DNA of 64,000 nucleotides from Flavobacteriales bacterium (GCA_002717515.1 PBEC01000018.1:198630-262629); one strand, 5' to 3'; positions 30,896 through 41,660 are shown, counted from the stretch's first letter. Notes: generated by a model from the letters alone, not told the origin. Numbers and translations: made by a program.

Positions 30896-31219
30896 TTGAA
30901 AGAGCGAATGAAAATAAAAAATATGTTTGGATTGAATGATAAGGGGTTTTTTAAAAACTTACCCTTTATCCTCTTTCTTTCATTATTGGGCTTTTTGTAC
31001 ATAACAAACTCTTACTCTTTTGACGAAACGGTTCGCGAAATGGATGCTATTAAGAACGAAATTAACGATCAAAACAATGAGTTTGTTATTACCAAGACTC
31101 AGGTTAGTATAAAAGGACAAAGAAACGAAGTGGTTAATAAAGTTGAGCAGTTGGGTTTAAAAGAGAGTAAGAAGCCGCCTTTTCAGTTGAAAAAAGAAAA
31201 TGAAAAAATAGATAAATAA
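30896..31219 (+). CDS. ftsL: FtsL-like cell division protein
   Basis: One TM helix plus a coiled coil, located between rsmH and the PBP gene. Start could be ATG 30908. Confidence 0.75.
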   Translation: MKERMKIKNMFGLNDKGFFKNLPFILFLSLLGFLYITNSYSFDETVREMDAIKNEINDQNNEFVITKTQVSIKGQRNEVVNKVEQLGLKESKKPPFQLKKENEKIDK

Positions 31220-33301
31220 TTGGATTCAAAAACAAACATACTAAAGAGAGTATATTTTTTCTTTTTTGGATTAGTAGCTTTTGGAGTGTTGATTCTATTG
31301 GCTACAATAAATATTCAGTTTCTAAAAACTGATAAGGTAGTCGAAAATGTTAAAACTACTACTGTTAAGAAGAGAACTTTTCCTGCAAAGAGAGGAGATC
31401 TTTATGCGAAAGACGGGAGTTTGCTGGCAACATCTTTAACCTATTATGAAGTTGGTTTGGATCTTACCTCTCCTGCTATAGTTGAAGATACATTAAATAA
31501 ATACGTGAAGAGTTTATCAGATTCTTTAGAGGCTTTAACTGGTATAAAATCATCCAATGAATATTATAAGGATATTTTAGAAGCATACAAGGATTCTGTT
31601 CGATGGTATTTATTGAGTAGAGGTCTCAATTATCCTGATTTTCAAAAACTAAAAACGTTTCCTTTTATTAACCAGGGAAGATTAAAAAGTGGTTTGGCGT
31701 ACAGGAAGTATACAAAAAGAAAAAAACCTTTTGGTGTTTTGGCCTCCAGGACCATTGGTTCCAGGGCTCCATTTGGTTTAGAGGGAGCATACGATGCATA
31801 TCTCATGGGGGTAGACGGAGAGCAGTTGCAAAGAAGGAAGTCCAATGTTTGGGTTCCGGTAAATAACTCAAATATTAAGGAGTCGATAGATGGATCAGAT
31901 GTCTATTCTACCATTGATATAAATATTCAAGAAGTGGCTGAAAATGCATTAAAAGATCAATTGTTTTATAATAAAGCAGATTATGGTTGTGCTGTAGTTA
32001 TGGAGGTTGAAACGGGTAAAGTAAGAGCTATTGCCAATCTTTTGATCGATACGGCAACAGGAGAGTTTACAGAAGCTAGAAATTTCGCTGTTGCTGATGC
32101 TGAGGAGCCAGGTTCAACCATTAAGTTGGCAAGTTTTATGGCTGTTCTGGAAAAAAAACAGTTGGATTTAGATGATAAAAATATAAAAATTGGTAACGGA
32201 AAGTATAAAGTTTATGATAGAGTCGTAAAGGACTCTCATGTTACAAATTCAAAGCTCTCTGCTCGTGAGGTTTTTGAAAGATCTTCGAATGTTGGAACCG
32301 TTAAACTGGTAGAAAAATATTACAAAAAGAATCCTGAGGAATATATTGAAAGATTATACAGTTTTGGTCTGTTGGATAAGTTAAATCTTGATATAATAGG
32401 TGAGGCAGATCCAATGATAAAATCTCCTTCCGATGAGGATTGGTATGGTACAACGCTTGCCTGGACTTCTCATGGCTATGAGTCTAAGCTAACGCCTTTA
32501 CAGATACTTGCTTTTTATAATTCGGTTGCGAATAACGGGAAATTAGTAAAACCTATTTTTATTGAGAAGATTATTAATCAAGACAAGAAGGAAACTTTGT
32601 TTAGTCCTCACATCATAAAATCTTCAATTTGCTCTAAAGAATCTATTGAAAAACTTCAAGGCTTATTGGAGGGCGTTGTCTCCAATGGAACGGCTAAAAG
32701 ACCATTCAAAGGTTCCCTTTATAAAGTAGCAGGCAAAACGGGAACAGCTGTTACAAATTACAGTGATTCGGGAATAAAAAAGAAAAAATACAGAAGCTCT
32801 TTTGTGGGGTATTTTCCCGCAGATAATCCGAGATATTCTTGTATTGTTGTTGTTACAAACCCAAGAGAAAATGGTATTTATGGAAGTAGTACAGCAGCCC
32901 CGGTTTTTCGAAAAATATCAGACCGAGTTTTTGCTCTAGATAAAGAATTGAGAACAGAATTGGCATCAAAAAATACTTCGGTAGATGTAAGGTCAAAAAA
33001 TGGTCGAGAAAACGAAATAGTAACTGTTGCAGAAAATCTTAATATGGTAACTGATGCAGGAGAATCTAATAAATATGTGTCGGCAAAAATCATAAAAAAT
33101 AAAATGCGAGTAAAACCTTTGAAAGAAGCAATTGAAAATGTTCCAAATGTAAAGGGTTTAACGGCAAAAGATGCCTTGTATATTTTGGAGGGAAAGGGCT
33201 TAAAAGTGATAATTTCTGGTAAGGGAAGAGTTTTGAAACAAAGTTTACCCCCTGGAAGCAAAGTAATAAAAGGAAAACCTATAGAAATCATATTAGGATA
33301 A
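31220..33301 (+). CDS. ftsI: Cell division transpeptidase PBP3 with PASTA domain
   Basis: RGDLY, SxxK (GSTIK), SSN and KTG motifs, with a C-terminal PASTA domain (VPNVKGLT). Confidence 0.92.
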   Translation: MDSKTNILKRVYFFFFGLVAFGVLILLATINIQFLKTDKVVENVKTTTVKKRTFPAKRGDLYAKDGSLLATSLTYYEVGLDLTSPAIVEDTLNKYVKSLSDSLEALTGIKSSNEYYKDILEAYKDSVRWYLLSRGLNYPDFQKLKTFPFINQGRLKSGLAYRKYTKRKKPFGVLASRTIGSRAPFGLEGAYDAYLMGVDGEQLQRRKSNVWVPVNNSNIKESIDGSDVYSTIDINIQEVAENALKDQLFYNKADYGCAVVMEVETGKVRAIANLLIDTATGEFTEARNFAVADAEEPGSTIKLASFMAVLEKKQLDLDDKNIKIGNGKYKVYDRVVKDSHVTNSKLSAREVFERSSNVGTVKLVEKYYKKNPEEYIERLYSFGLLDKLNLDIIGEADPMIKSPSDEDWYGTTLAWTSHGYESKLTPLQILAFYNSVANNGKLVKPIFIEKIINQDKKETLFSPHIIKSSICSKESIEKLQGLLEGVVSNGTAKRPFKGSLYKVAGKTGTAVTNYSDSGIKKKKYRSSFVGYFPADNPRYSCIVVVTNPRENGIYGSSTAAPVFRKISDRVFALDKELRTELASKNTSVDVRSKNGRENEIVTVAENLNMVTDAGESNKYVSAKIIKNKMRVKPLKEAIENVPNVKGLTAKDALYILEGKGLKVIISGKGRVLKQSLPPGSKVIKGKPIEIILG

Positions 33302-34764
33302 TGAAGTTACTGTCCGACATATTATATAAATCTGGTATTGAGGAGGTTATTGGAGACATTAGTCGTTCAATTGACTCAATATGTTTTGATTCGCGTAAAG
33401 TAACCAGTAATTCTTTATTTATTGCCACTAGAGGAACTCATGTTGATGGACATGAATTCATAAATTCAGCCATAGATAATGGGGCTGTTACTGTTATTTG
33501 TGAAAAATTTCCAAGTCAAATTTCAAGTCAAATCACTTACGTTAAGGTAAAAGATTCTTCTTATGCACTTGGTGTAGTTGCCTCTAATTTTTATGGAAAC
33601 CCTTCTGATAAACTTAAACTAATAGGTGTAACGGGTACAAATGGTAAAACTACCGTAGTAACCTTGTTGTACTTGCTGTATTCTCAATTGGGAAAAAAAG
33701 CAGGTCTTTTGTCCACAGTTCGAAATAAGATAATATCGGAAACTATTCCCTCTACACATACTACACCTGATGCCATAGCAATCAATCAACTTTTAGCACA
33801 AATGGTGGAAAAAGGGTGCACACATTGTTTTATGGAGGTCAGTTCACATTCCATACAACAAAATCGAATATCTGGTTTGGATTTTGACTTGGCTCTGTTT
33901 ACTAATCTGACGCATGACCATCTGGATTATCATAAAACTTTTGAAGCTTACATAAATGCAAAAAAACAATTTTTCGATGGACTTTCATCAGGTTCCATAG
34001 CGCTTACTAATGCTGATGAGCGGCATGGAAACACAATGGTTTTAAATACAAAAGCCGTAGTGAAAAAGTATGGGTTGAAGGCTATGGCAGATTATAAGTG
34101 TAGATTAGTAGAAAATTCTTTTGAAGGTCTTCAGCTCAACATTGATGGACAAGATGTTTGGACAAGATTAGTGGGCTCTTTTAATGCATACAATTTACTC
34201 GCGGTATACTCAGCTGCATTGGAGCTTGATGAAGATAAAATAGCTGTTCTAACAGCTCTGAGTAGTTTATCGGCTGTTGAGGGAAGATTTCAACATTTTA
34301 GATCAAGTAATGGTGTAATTGCAATTGTTGATTATGCTCACACACCTGATGCACTTAAAAAAGTATTAAATACGATTAAAGATATACGCTCAGGAAATGA
34401 ACAATTAATTACGGTTGTGGGCTGTGGGGGAGATAGAGATAGAGAAAAAAGACCTCTTATGGCTCGAATAGCAGCTAATTTGAGTGATCGTGTTTTTGCT
34501 ACCTCAGACAATCCAAGATCGGAAAATCCCGAAACAATAATCAAAGAAATGAAAACAGGATTGGATCCTGTTGAGTTGGCTAAAATTTTATCTATTTCTG
34601 ATAGAGCTGAAGCCATAAAAACAGCTTGTACCCTTGCTCAACCTGGCGACATTGTTTTGGTAGCAGGCAAGGGTCATGAGAAATATCAAGAAATAAATGG
34701 GGTTAAGCATCCATTTGATGATGTTGAAATGTTAGAAAATTCATTTAAAATATTGAAAAAGTAA
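33301..34764 (+). CDS. murE: UDP-MurNAc-L-Ala-D-Glu:meso-DAP ligase
   Basis: [21 protein letters not shown], the DAP-specificity motif DNPR, and AGKGHE. Confidence 0.96.
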   Translation: MKLLSDILYKSGIEEVIGDISRSIDSICFDSRKVTSNSLFIATRGTHVDGHEFINSAIDNGAVTVICEKFPSQISSQITYVKVKDSSYALGVVASNFYGNPSDKLKLIGVTGTNGKTTVVTLLYLLYSQLGKKAGLLSTVRNKIISETIPSTHTTPDAIAINQLLAQMVEKGCTHCFMEVSSHSIQQNRISGLDFDLALFTNLTHDHLDYHKTFEAYINAKKQFFDGLSSGSIALTNADERHGNTMVLNTKAVVKKYGLKAMADYKCRLVENSFEGLQLNIDGQDVWTRLVGSFNAYNLLAVYSAALELDEDKIAVLTALSSLSAVEGRFQHFRSSNGVIAIVDYAHTPDALKKVLNTIKDIRSGNEQLITVVGCGGDRDREKRPLMARIAANLSDRVFATSDNPRSENPETIIKEMKTGLDPVELAKILSISDRAEAIKTACTLAQPGDIVLVAGKGHEKYQEINGVKHPFDDVEMLENSFKILKK

Positions 34765-35996
34765 TGTTGTACTACGTATTTGAATATTTAAACGATCTAA
34801 ATTTTCCTGGTGCAGGGGCGTTTCAGTACATTACAACAAGAGCTGCATCTGCCATAATATTGTCTCTAATCATATCAATGATTTTTGGGAAAAAAATTAT
34901 TAAGATGTTGCATCGTTTGCAGGTTGGTGAAACAGTTAGAGATTTGGGATTAGAAGGCCAGGTTGAGAAAACAGGGACGCCAACAATGGGAGGACTTTTA
35001 ATTCTTGGAGCAATCCTCATACCAACCTTACTTTTTGCAAAGCTGGATAATATATACATATTAATGCTTTTACTATCAACGGTTTGGTTAGGACTTATTG
35101 GTTTTTTAGATGATTACATAAAAGTATTTAAAAAGAATAAAGAAGGTTTAAAAGGGAAGATGAAAATTGTTGGTCAAGTTGGCATAGGTATAATTGTTGG
35201 CGCAACTCTTTTTTTTAGTGATGAGGTGACAATAGCTGAAGAGTCTCCAAATTCACCCAATCCAACAGTAACTGTTGATGGAAAGATAATAAAGAACACA
35301 ATCTGGGAAGAAAGTAAATCTTTATCGACAACAATTCCGTTTTTTAAAGACAATGAACTTGATTATGGTTATGCTGTTGAATTATTTGGGTTAGATGCTG
35401 AAAAATGGGGTTGGTTAGTTTTTATACCAATTGTAATTATAATTATTACTGCAGTTTCGAATGGAGCTAATTTAACTGACGGTATCGATGGTCTTGCAAC
35501 AGGTACTTCTGCAATAATAGGGGTTGCACTTGGAGTTTTGGCTTATGTTTCAGGAAACGCTTTTTTTGCAGATTATTTGAACATAATGTATATTCCAGAT
35601 TCTGGAGAGCTCGTAGTTTTTATGGGAGCTTTTGTTGGAGCATGTATTGGATTTTTGTGGTACAACGCTTATCCCGCTCAAGTCTTTATGGGAGATACAG
35701 GGAGTTTAGCCTTAGGAGGAATTATAGGAACATTTGCAATTGCAATACGAAAAGAGTTGTTAATTCCGGTCTTATGTGGAATTTTTTTAGTGGAGAATTT
35801 AAGTGTAATTCTTCAGGTTGCTTATTTCAAATACACAAAAAACAAATTTGGTGTTGGTAAAAGGGTTTTTAAAATGGCGCCTTTACATCATCATTATCAA
35901 AAATTAGGATATCATGAAGCTAAAATTGTGGGAAGGTTCTGGATAGTGGGGATTTTACTGGCAATTTTTGCTATTGCAACGTTAAAGTTAAGATAA
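34764..35996 (+). CDS. mraY: Phospho-MurNAc-pentapeptide transferase
   Basis: [24 protein letters not shown] and APLHHH. Confidence 0.97.
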   Translation: MLYYVFEYLNDLNFPGAGAFQYITTRAASAIILSLIISMIFGKKIIKMLHRLQVGETVRDLGLEGQVEKTGTPTMGGLLILGAILIPTLLFAKLDNIYILMLLLSTVWLGLIGFLDDYIKVFKKNKEGLKGKMKIVGQVGIGIIVGATLFFSDEVTIAEESPNSPNPTVTVDGKIIKNTIWEESKSLSTTIPFFKDNELDYGYAVELFGLDAEKWGWLVFIPIVIIIITAVSNGANLTDGIDGLATGTSAIIGVALGVLAYVSGNAFFADYLNIMYIPDSGELVVFMGAFVGACIGFLWYNAYPAQVFMGDTGSLALGGIIGTFAIAIRKELLIPVLCGIFLVENLSVILQVAYFKYTKNKFGVGKRVFKMAPLHHHYQKLGYHEAKIVGRFWIVGILLAIFAIATLKLR

Positions 35997-35999
35997 AAC

Positions 36000-37340
36000 T
36001 TGAGTCAAAAATTAGTCATATTAGGTGCAGGAGAGAGTGGAGTTGGAGCTGCTGTCTTGGGAAAACAAAAACAGTACGATGTTTTTGTTTCAGATATCGG
36101 CGCTATTGACCCTAACTATAAGAGAATACTTATTGATGAAGGAATATTTTTCGAGGAGGGTGTGCACACAGAAAAGGAGATATTTAATGCTGATGTTGTT
36201 GTAAAGAGTCCAGGAATACCAGATTCGATTTCTTTAATTAAGGATTTGATGGAGAAAGGTGTTCAGGTTGTTTCTGAAATAGAATTTGCAAGTTGGTTCA
36301 CAAATGCAACATTAATTGGGATTACTGGAAGTAATGGGAAAACTACAACAACATCCTTAATGCATCATATTCTTAAATGTTCTGGATTAAATGTTGGTAT
36401 AGCGGGTAATATTGGAAAAAGCTTTGCCATGCAGATAGCGAAATGTAACTATGATTTTTATGTTTTGGAATTAAGTAGTTTTCAATTGGATGGTATTGAC
36501 AAATTAAAATTAGATGTTTCAGTTTTATTGAACATTACTCCCGATCATTTGGATCGTTATAATAATAGTTTTGAACAGTATACTAATTCGAAATTTCAAA
36601 TTATAAGAAATTCTGATAAAAACTCTGTTTTTGTATACAATGGAGATGATCCTACTATTGTGCAGAAAATTAAGCATTTAAACTTAAAAGTCAATTCCTA
36701 TTCGTTTACAAAAGAACCTATAAAAAATAAAGGTGCAGGTATCGAAAATGAAAGTATATGTATAGATATCAACAATCCAATGAGGATATCTGGGGATGAC
36801 ATTTCCTTGAAGGGCAAACATAATTCATATAATATTATGGCATCTGCTATAGTTGCATGTTTGTTCGATTTGTCTGAGAATGCTATTGTATCAGCAATAA
36901 AAAGCTTTCAGCCTATTGAGCACAGAATGGAACGAGTTATGAAAATAAATGGCGTAGAATATATTAATGATTCAAAAGCAACAAATGTTGATAGTGCTTT
37001 CTACGCGCTAGAAAGCATTCAAAATAAAGTGATTTGGATAGCTGGAGGTATTGATAAAGGAAACGATTATACCAAATTGGTTCCTTTGGTTAAATCTAAA
37101 GTCAAAGGCATGGTATGTCTGGGAAAAGACAATAAAAAATTACACGACACCTTTAAAGATCTTGTAGAACAAATAGCCGACGCATCTAGTGCAAATGAAG
37201 CAGTAGAGAAAGCTTCAGCAATGGCCAAGGATGGTTATACTGTATTGCTTTCTCCTGCATGTGCAAGCTTTGATTTGTTCAAAAATTATCAAGATAGAGG
37301 AGAAAAATTTAAACAAGGAATAATTAAACTAAACCAATAA
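36000..37340 (+). CDS. murD: UDP-MurNAc-L-Ala:D-Glu ligase (full length)
   Basis: LGAGESG, KSPGI, ITGSNGKTT, ELSSFQL, NDSKATN and SPACASFD. TTG start. Confidence 0.95.
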   Translation: MSQKLVILGAGESGVGAAVLGKQKQYDVFVSDIGAIDPNYKRILIDEGIFFEEGVHTEKEIFNADVVVKSPGIPDSISLIKDLMEKGVQVVSEIEFASWFTNATLIGITGSNGKTTTTSLMHHILKCSGLNVGIAGNIGKSFAMQIAKCNYDFYVLELSSFQLDGIDKLKLDVSVLLNITPDHLDRYNNSFEQYTNSKFQIIRNSDKNSVFVYNGDDPTIVQKIKHLNLKVNSYSFTKEPIKNKGAGIENESICIDINNPMRISGDDISLKGKHNSYNIMASAIVACLFDLSENAIVSAIKSFQPIEHRMERVMKINGVEYINDSKATNVDSAFYALESIQNKVIWIAGGIDKGNDYTKLVPLVKSKVKGMVCLGKDNKKLHDTFKDLVEQIADASSANEAVEKASAMAKDGYTVLLSPACASFDLFKNYQDRGEKFKQGIIKLNQ

Positions 37341-37353
37341 ATTTAATTAAATC

Positions 37354-37902
37354 ATGACAAAGGGCAATTTTGAATTTCAGAGTAAGTTAAGCGTTGGTGA
37401 TACAATGGCTGAAAACTTAAAAGAAAATGTTGAAAACTTAAGAAAGGATAGCTTAAGAGAAAAATTTAGTGACTTCGAGAATGTTGAACATCGCTTGGAA
37501 TTTGTTGCTAATGTGCACGGTATTGAGTACATTAATGACTCAAAAGCCACCAATGTAAATTCCACTTGGTATGCTTTGGAAAGAATGAAAAGGCAAACCG
37601 TTTGGATTGTTGGAGGCGTTGATAAAACAATTGATTATTCATCACTTCAAGAATTATCTAAGGAAAAAGTTAGAGCGATTGTGTATATTGGTACCAACAA
37701 ATCTAAAATATTTGAAAACTTTTTGGATAAGGTTGATATGATTGTAGACGCTGGATCAATGGAAGAAGCTGTGCAAATGGCATATTATATAGCAGATAAA
37801 GGAGAAACAGTTTTGTTGTCACCAGCTTCTGCGAGTTTTAATATGTTTGAGAATTTGGAGGAAAGAGGCAATGCCTTTAAACAAGCTGTTAGAAGCTTAT
37901 AA
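37354..37902 (+). CDS. Stand-alone MurD C-terminal (D-Glu-binding) domain protein
   Basis: EHRLE, INDSKATN, GGVDK and LLSPASASF..ERG. No P-loop or UMA-binding domain. Hand alignment to the upstream MurD gives 69/138 identities with no gaps. Confidence 0.85.
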   Translation: MTKGNFEFQSKLSVGDTMAENLKENVENLRKDSLREKFSDFENVEHRLEFVANVHGIEYINDSKATNVNSTWYALERMKRQTVWIVGGVDKTIDYSSLQELSKEKVRAIVYIGTNKSKIFENFLDKVDMIVDAGSMEEAVQMAYYIADKGETVLLSPASASFNMFENLEERGNAFKQAVRSL

Positions 37903-37914
37903 TTAATTGTTGCT

Positions 37915-38046
37915 ATGGAAGAAGTAAAACCCGATAAAAGTAGAGAGGTAAAACTCCTTGTTACTATTATTGCTTCTAGTGTGCTTTTGTTCTTGATTTT
38001 TAGTATTGTTTGGGTGATAAAAAGAGTCAAGGAAGGAGTATCCTAA
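37915..38046 (+). CDS. Small single-pass membrane protein (43 aa; not in the ORF track)
   Basis: MEEVKPDKSREVKLLVTIIASSVLLFLIFSIVWVIKRVKEGVS fills the gap, 12 nt after the previous stop and 4 nt before ftsW. It has one clear TM helix. Confidence 0.7.
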   Translation: MEEVKPDKSREVKLLVTIIASSVLLFLIFSIVWVIKRVKEGVS

Positions 38047-38050
38047 ATTA

Positions 38051-39202
38051 ATGCAGGAGATTTACAATAAGATATATGGCGATAAAGTCATTTGGGGTGT
38101 AATTATATCCCTCGCTTTGTTGTCGATTCCAATTGTTTATGTTGGTACGGAACAGTTGGCTTTATTAAGAGGAGGAAACTTTTTTTATTTCGTTATAAAA
38201 CACGCAATAATTTTATTAAGCGCCTTTGTCATTGCTTACCAAGTTTCTAAAATCAATCATGGTTATCTCTCCAGAGTTTCTATTATTTTAATGGTTTTTA
38301 CCATTCCACTTCTTTTATATACAATGTTTGCAGGCCATAATGTTGATGATGCCTCCAGGTGGATTAAAATTCCTTTTATAGGATTAAGTTTTCAGACATC
38401 AGATTTTGCCAAAATTTCATTAACAATTTATGTAGCAAGAGTTCTTAGTAGGAAACAAGGAGAACTTCATAGTTTTAAGGTTGTGTTGAAACACTTATTT
38501 ATTCCTATTGTTTTTGTTTGTGCATTGATTGTAAAGAGTGATTTTTCAACCGCATTTTTAATTTTGGGGGGTTGTTTTATTATATTGTTTTTTGGAGGTG
38601 TTAAAATGAGCCATTTTGGAATTATATTATTGATTCTTATTCTTTGTTTTACAATAATATTACTTACAGTGCCAGAATTTCTTCAAAGACTACTTACTTG
38701 GGTGAACAGATTGAAGGCATACAGTGATCCTCTTCATCCGGGAAATTACCAAAAAAATTTAGCGGAAGCTTCGATTTATGATGGTGGTGCTCTTGGGTTA
38801 TGGTTTGATATATTTCCTGGCAAATATGGTCAGCCACCTCAGGCAGCGTCGGATTTTATTTATGCTACAATTTTGAGAAACTATGGAATAATAGGAGGTG
38901 CGTTTACCATTTTAATGTATCTAGTCTTATTTTTTAGAAGTATTAAAATAGCTCGAAAATGCAATAAACTTTTCTCCGTTCTATTAGTAATTGGTCTTTC
39001 TTCTGGACTAATCATTCAAGCATTTAGTAATATGGCAGTTGCAGTTGGGATTTTTCCCGTAACGGGACAACCTTTACCAATGGTAAGTATGGGAGGTACA
39101 TCTTTATGGTTTACTGCAATATCAATTGGAATAATTTTGAGTGTAAGTCGAGAAATAAGTAGCGGTAATAACGATGAAGAAATCGCCAAAAGTAATAATT
39201 AG
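38051..39202 (+). CDS. ftsW: SEDS cell division protein FtsW
   Basis: ASRWI, FQTSDFAK, SDFIYA and PVTGQPLPMVSMGGTS. Confidence 0.93.
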   Translation: MQEIYNKIYGDKVIWGVIISLALLSIPIVYVGTEQLALLRGGNFFYFVIKHAIILLSAFVIAYQVSKINHGYLSRVSIILMVFTIPLLLYTMFAGHNVDDASRWIKIPFIGLSFQTSDFAKISLTIYVARVLSRKQGELHSFKVVLKHLFIPIVFVCALIVKSDFSTAFLILGGCFIILFFGGVKMSHFGIILLILILCFTIILLTVPEFLQRLLTWVNRLKAYSDPLHPGNYQKNLAEASIYDGGALGLWFDIFPGKYGQPPQAASDFIYATILRNYGIIGGAFTILMYLVLFFRSIKIARKCNKLFSVLLVIGLSSGLIIQAFSNMAVAVGIFPVTGQPLPMVSMGGTSLWFTAISIGIILSVSREISSGNNDEEIAKSNN

Positions 39203-40283
39203 TGGTGGCGGAACAGGAGGACATATTTTTCCTGCTGTAGCCATAGCAAATGCAATTAAACTAAAATATCCCGATGCAAATATCCTTTTTGTTGGTGCAA
39301 AAGGCAAAATGGAAATGGAAAAAGTCCCCAAAGCGGGATACCCTATTGAAGGCCTTTGGATTAGTGGTATTCAACGAAAACTGACAATTTCCAACCTGTC
39401 TTTTCCTTTCAAACTCATTTCAAGTTTATGGAAATCTCGAAATATAATTAAACGCTTTAATCCTGATTTATGTATAGGCGTTGGAGGGTTTGCAAGTGGA
39501 CCACTTTTAAAGGCTGCTACATGGGCAGGAATTCCAACATTGATTCACGAATCGAACTCTTATCCGGGGATTACTAATAAATTATTGGGTAAAAATGTTA
39601 ATACAGTTTGTGTTGCTTTTCAAGGAATGGAAAAGTTCTTCCCAAAGGCTAAAAAACTGGTAATTACAGGTAACCCTGTTCGTCAAGAAATTTTGAATTT
39701 GGATGGTAAAAAAGAAAAAGGTTTGCGTGATTTTGGTTTGGAAGCAGATAAGCCTGTTGTTTTGTCAATAGGAGGAAGTCAAGGAGCCAGAAGTATTAAT
39801 CAAGCTTTGGATGATGATTTAGAAAAATTTGTGGAAAAAGGGTATCAATTGTTATGGCAAACAGGTAAGTTTTATAAAACAAAATCTCAAGATAGAGTTG
39901 ACAAAATCGGGAGTAATTTAATTCACCCTCATGAGTTTATTTATACTATGGACTTGGCCTATTCAGTTGCTGATGTAGTTGTTTCCAGATCTGGCGCAAT
40001 GTCCGTTACTGAATTGAGTTTAGTTGGAAAGCCTTGTGTGCTTGTCCCTTTTCCTTTTGCTGCTGAAGACCACCAAACTGCAAATGCAATGGCGTTAGTT
40101 AATAATAATGCTGGGGTTTTAGTTAAGGATTCTGAAGTTAAAAATAAACTTTTTCAAGCCGTAGACAGTCTTCTCTCTGATGAAGAAAAAAGAAGAACCT
40201 TAAAACGAAATATTGAGAAGTTAAAAATTGAAAATGCTGCTGATTTAATAATGGCAGAAGTAAATAAACTTTTGGAAAATTGA
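39174..40283 (+). CDS. murG: Lipid II GlcNAc transferase
   Basis: GGGTGGHIFP, TGNPVR, GGSQGA and EDHQTANA. Confidence 0.97.
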   Translation: MKKSPKVIISGGGTGGHIFPAVAIANAIKLKYPDANILFVGAKGKMEMEKVPKAGYPIEGLWISGIQRKLTISNLSFPFKLISSLWKSRNIIKRFNPDLCIGVGGFASGPLLKAATWAGIPTLIHESNSYPGITNKLLGKNVNTVCVAFQGMEKFFPKAKKLVITGNPVRQEILNLDGKKEKGLRDFGLEADKPVVLSIGGSQGARSINQALDDDLEKFVEKGYQLLWQTGKFYKTKSQDRVDKIGSNLIHPHEFIYTMDLAYSVADVVVSRSGAMSVTELSLVGKPCVLVPFPFAAEDHQTANAMALVNNNAGVLVKDSEVKNKLFQAVDSLLSDEEKRRTLKRNIEKLKIENAADLIMAEVNKLLEN

Positions 40284-41644
40284 CAATAAAAAAAAACATA
40301 TACTTTATTGGTGTTGGCGGTATAGGAATGAGTGCTCTTGCTCGTTATTTTCTGGCATTGGGTTGTAAGGTTTCCGGTTACGATAAAACAGAAACTGCAC
40401 TTACAAAAAAATTGGAAAATGAGGGAGTAAAAATTCATTACGAAGACAATGTTTCGCTAATTGATAAGGAATTCTTGTCCTTGGAAAATACGTTGGTAAT
40501 TTTGACACCTGCGGTTCCCAAGAATCATTCTGAGTGGAATTTTTTTAAACGATCAGGTTTTGAAATTTTAAAAAGAGCCCAAGTATTAGGTAAAATTACT
40601 GAATCAAATAAAAGTATTGGTGTTGCAGGTACTCATGGAAAAACTACAATATCAAGTATGATATCTCATATTTTTAAATTTTGCAACGTTCCTTTTACTG
40701 CATTTTTAGGGGGTATTTCTAAGGATTTAGGAAGTAATTATTATCATGATTTAAATAGTCAAATTACAGTTGTAGAGGCCGATGAGTATGATCGGTCATT
40801 TTTAGAATTAAAACCCACTTTTGCAACAGTTTCTGCAATTGATGCAGATCATTTGGATATTTATGGTACAAAGGAAGAAATGCAAAAAGCTTTCAGACAG
40901 TATTTGGATCAAAATTTACAGAAACAAGGAGTAGCAATCATCCACAGTTCGTTAACTGAAGTTTTAGGCAAAAAGTATAAAACGTATTCAATTGATGATG
41001 AATCAGCAGATTATTATGCTGCTAATTTTAGGGTAGAAAATGCTGATTTTTTTGGAGATTTTAAATGGTCGGGCGGTGAAATAAAAGACGTCAAAATTGG
41101 TTTGCCGGGAATACATAACATGGAAAATGCTTTGCTGGCTTTTGGAATTGCCTTAGAAAACGGAATTGAACCTGTTAAAATTAAGGAGGCAATAGGCAAT
41201 TATAGTGGTGTTGAAAGGAGATTTGACGTTCATATAAAATCAGATAATTTAATTTACATTGATGACTATGCTCATCACCCTGAAGAGATAAAAAAGCTTG
41301 TAACTTCTGTTCGAAAAATGTACCCTGAAAAAAATATTTTAGGTGTTTTTCAACCGCATTTGTTCTCTCGTACTCAAGATTTCGCAGATGAATTTGCAAG
41401 GAGTTTAGAGTTGTTGGATGAATTGTTGCTTTTAGATATTTATCCAGCTCGCGAGTTACCGATTCCTGGGGTCAATTCCAGAATGCTTTTTGATCGAATT
41501 AACATGAATTCAAAAACGCTTTGTTCAAAAAAACAGCTTACACACTATGTTGGTGTATCTAAATGTGACGTAGTTTTAACTATAGGTGCTGGAGATATCG
41601 GTGCTGAAGTTGAAAATTTGAAAGAATTCTTGTTGAAACACTAA
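40280..41644 (+). CDS. murC: UDP-MurNAc:L-Ala ligase
   Basis: GVGGIGMS, AGTHGKTT, EADEYD, DDYAHHP and FQPHLFSRT. Confidence 0.96.
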   Translation: MTIKKNIYFIGVGGIGMSALARYFLALGCKVSGYDKTETALTKKLENEGVKIHYEDNVSLIDKEFLSLENTLVILTPAVPKNHSEWNFFKRSGFEILKRAQVLGKITESNKSIGVAGTHGKTTISSMISHIFKFCNVPFTAFLGGISKDLGSNYYHDLNSQITVVEADEYDRSFLELKPTFATVSAIDADHLDIYGTKEEMQKAFRQYLDQNLQKQGVAIIHSSLTEVLGKKYKTYSIDDESADYYAANFRVENADFFGDFKWSGGEIKDVKIGLPGIHNMENALLAFGIALENGIEPVKIKEAIGNYSGVERRFDVHIKSDNLIYIDDYAHHPEEIKKLVTSVRKMYPEKNILGVFQPHLFSRTQDFADEFARSLELLDELLLLDIYPARELPIPGVNSRMLFDRINMNSKTLCSKKQLTHYVGVSKCDVVLTIGAGDIGAEVENLKEFLLKH

Positions 41645-41660
41645 CAAATAAAGCGTTCTA

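Noticed and set aside
33512-33533. CAAGTCAAAT direct repeat within murE
   Set aside because: Two copies in frame (SQI-S-SQI) in a variable loop. It is not an array.
37354-37902. MurD-C ORF as a pseudogene fragment or assembly duplication
   Set aside because: It is only about 50% identical to the adjacent MurD, yet ungapped and stop-free with its own start, and there is no near-identical DNA repeat. This does not look like decay or a duplicated assembly segment.
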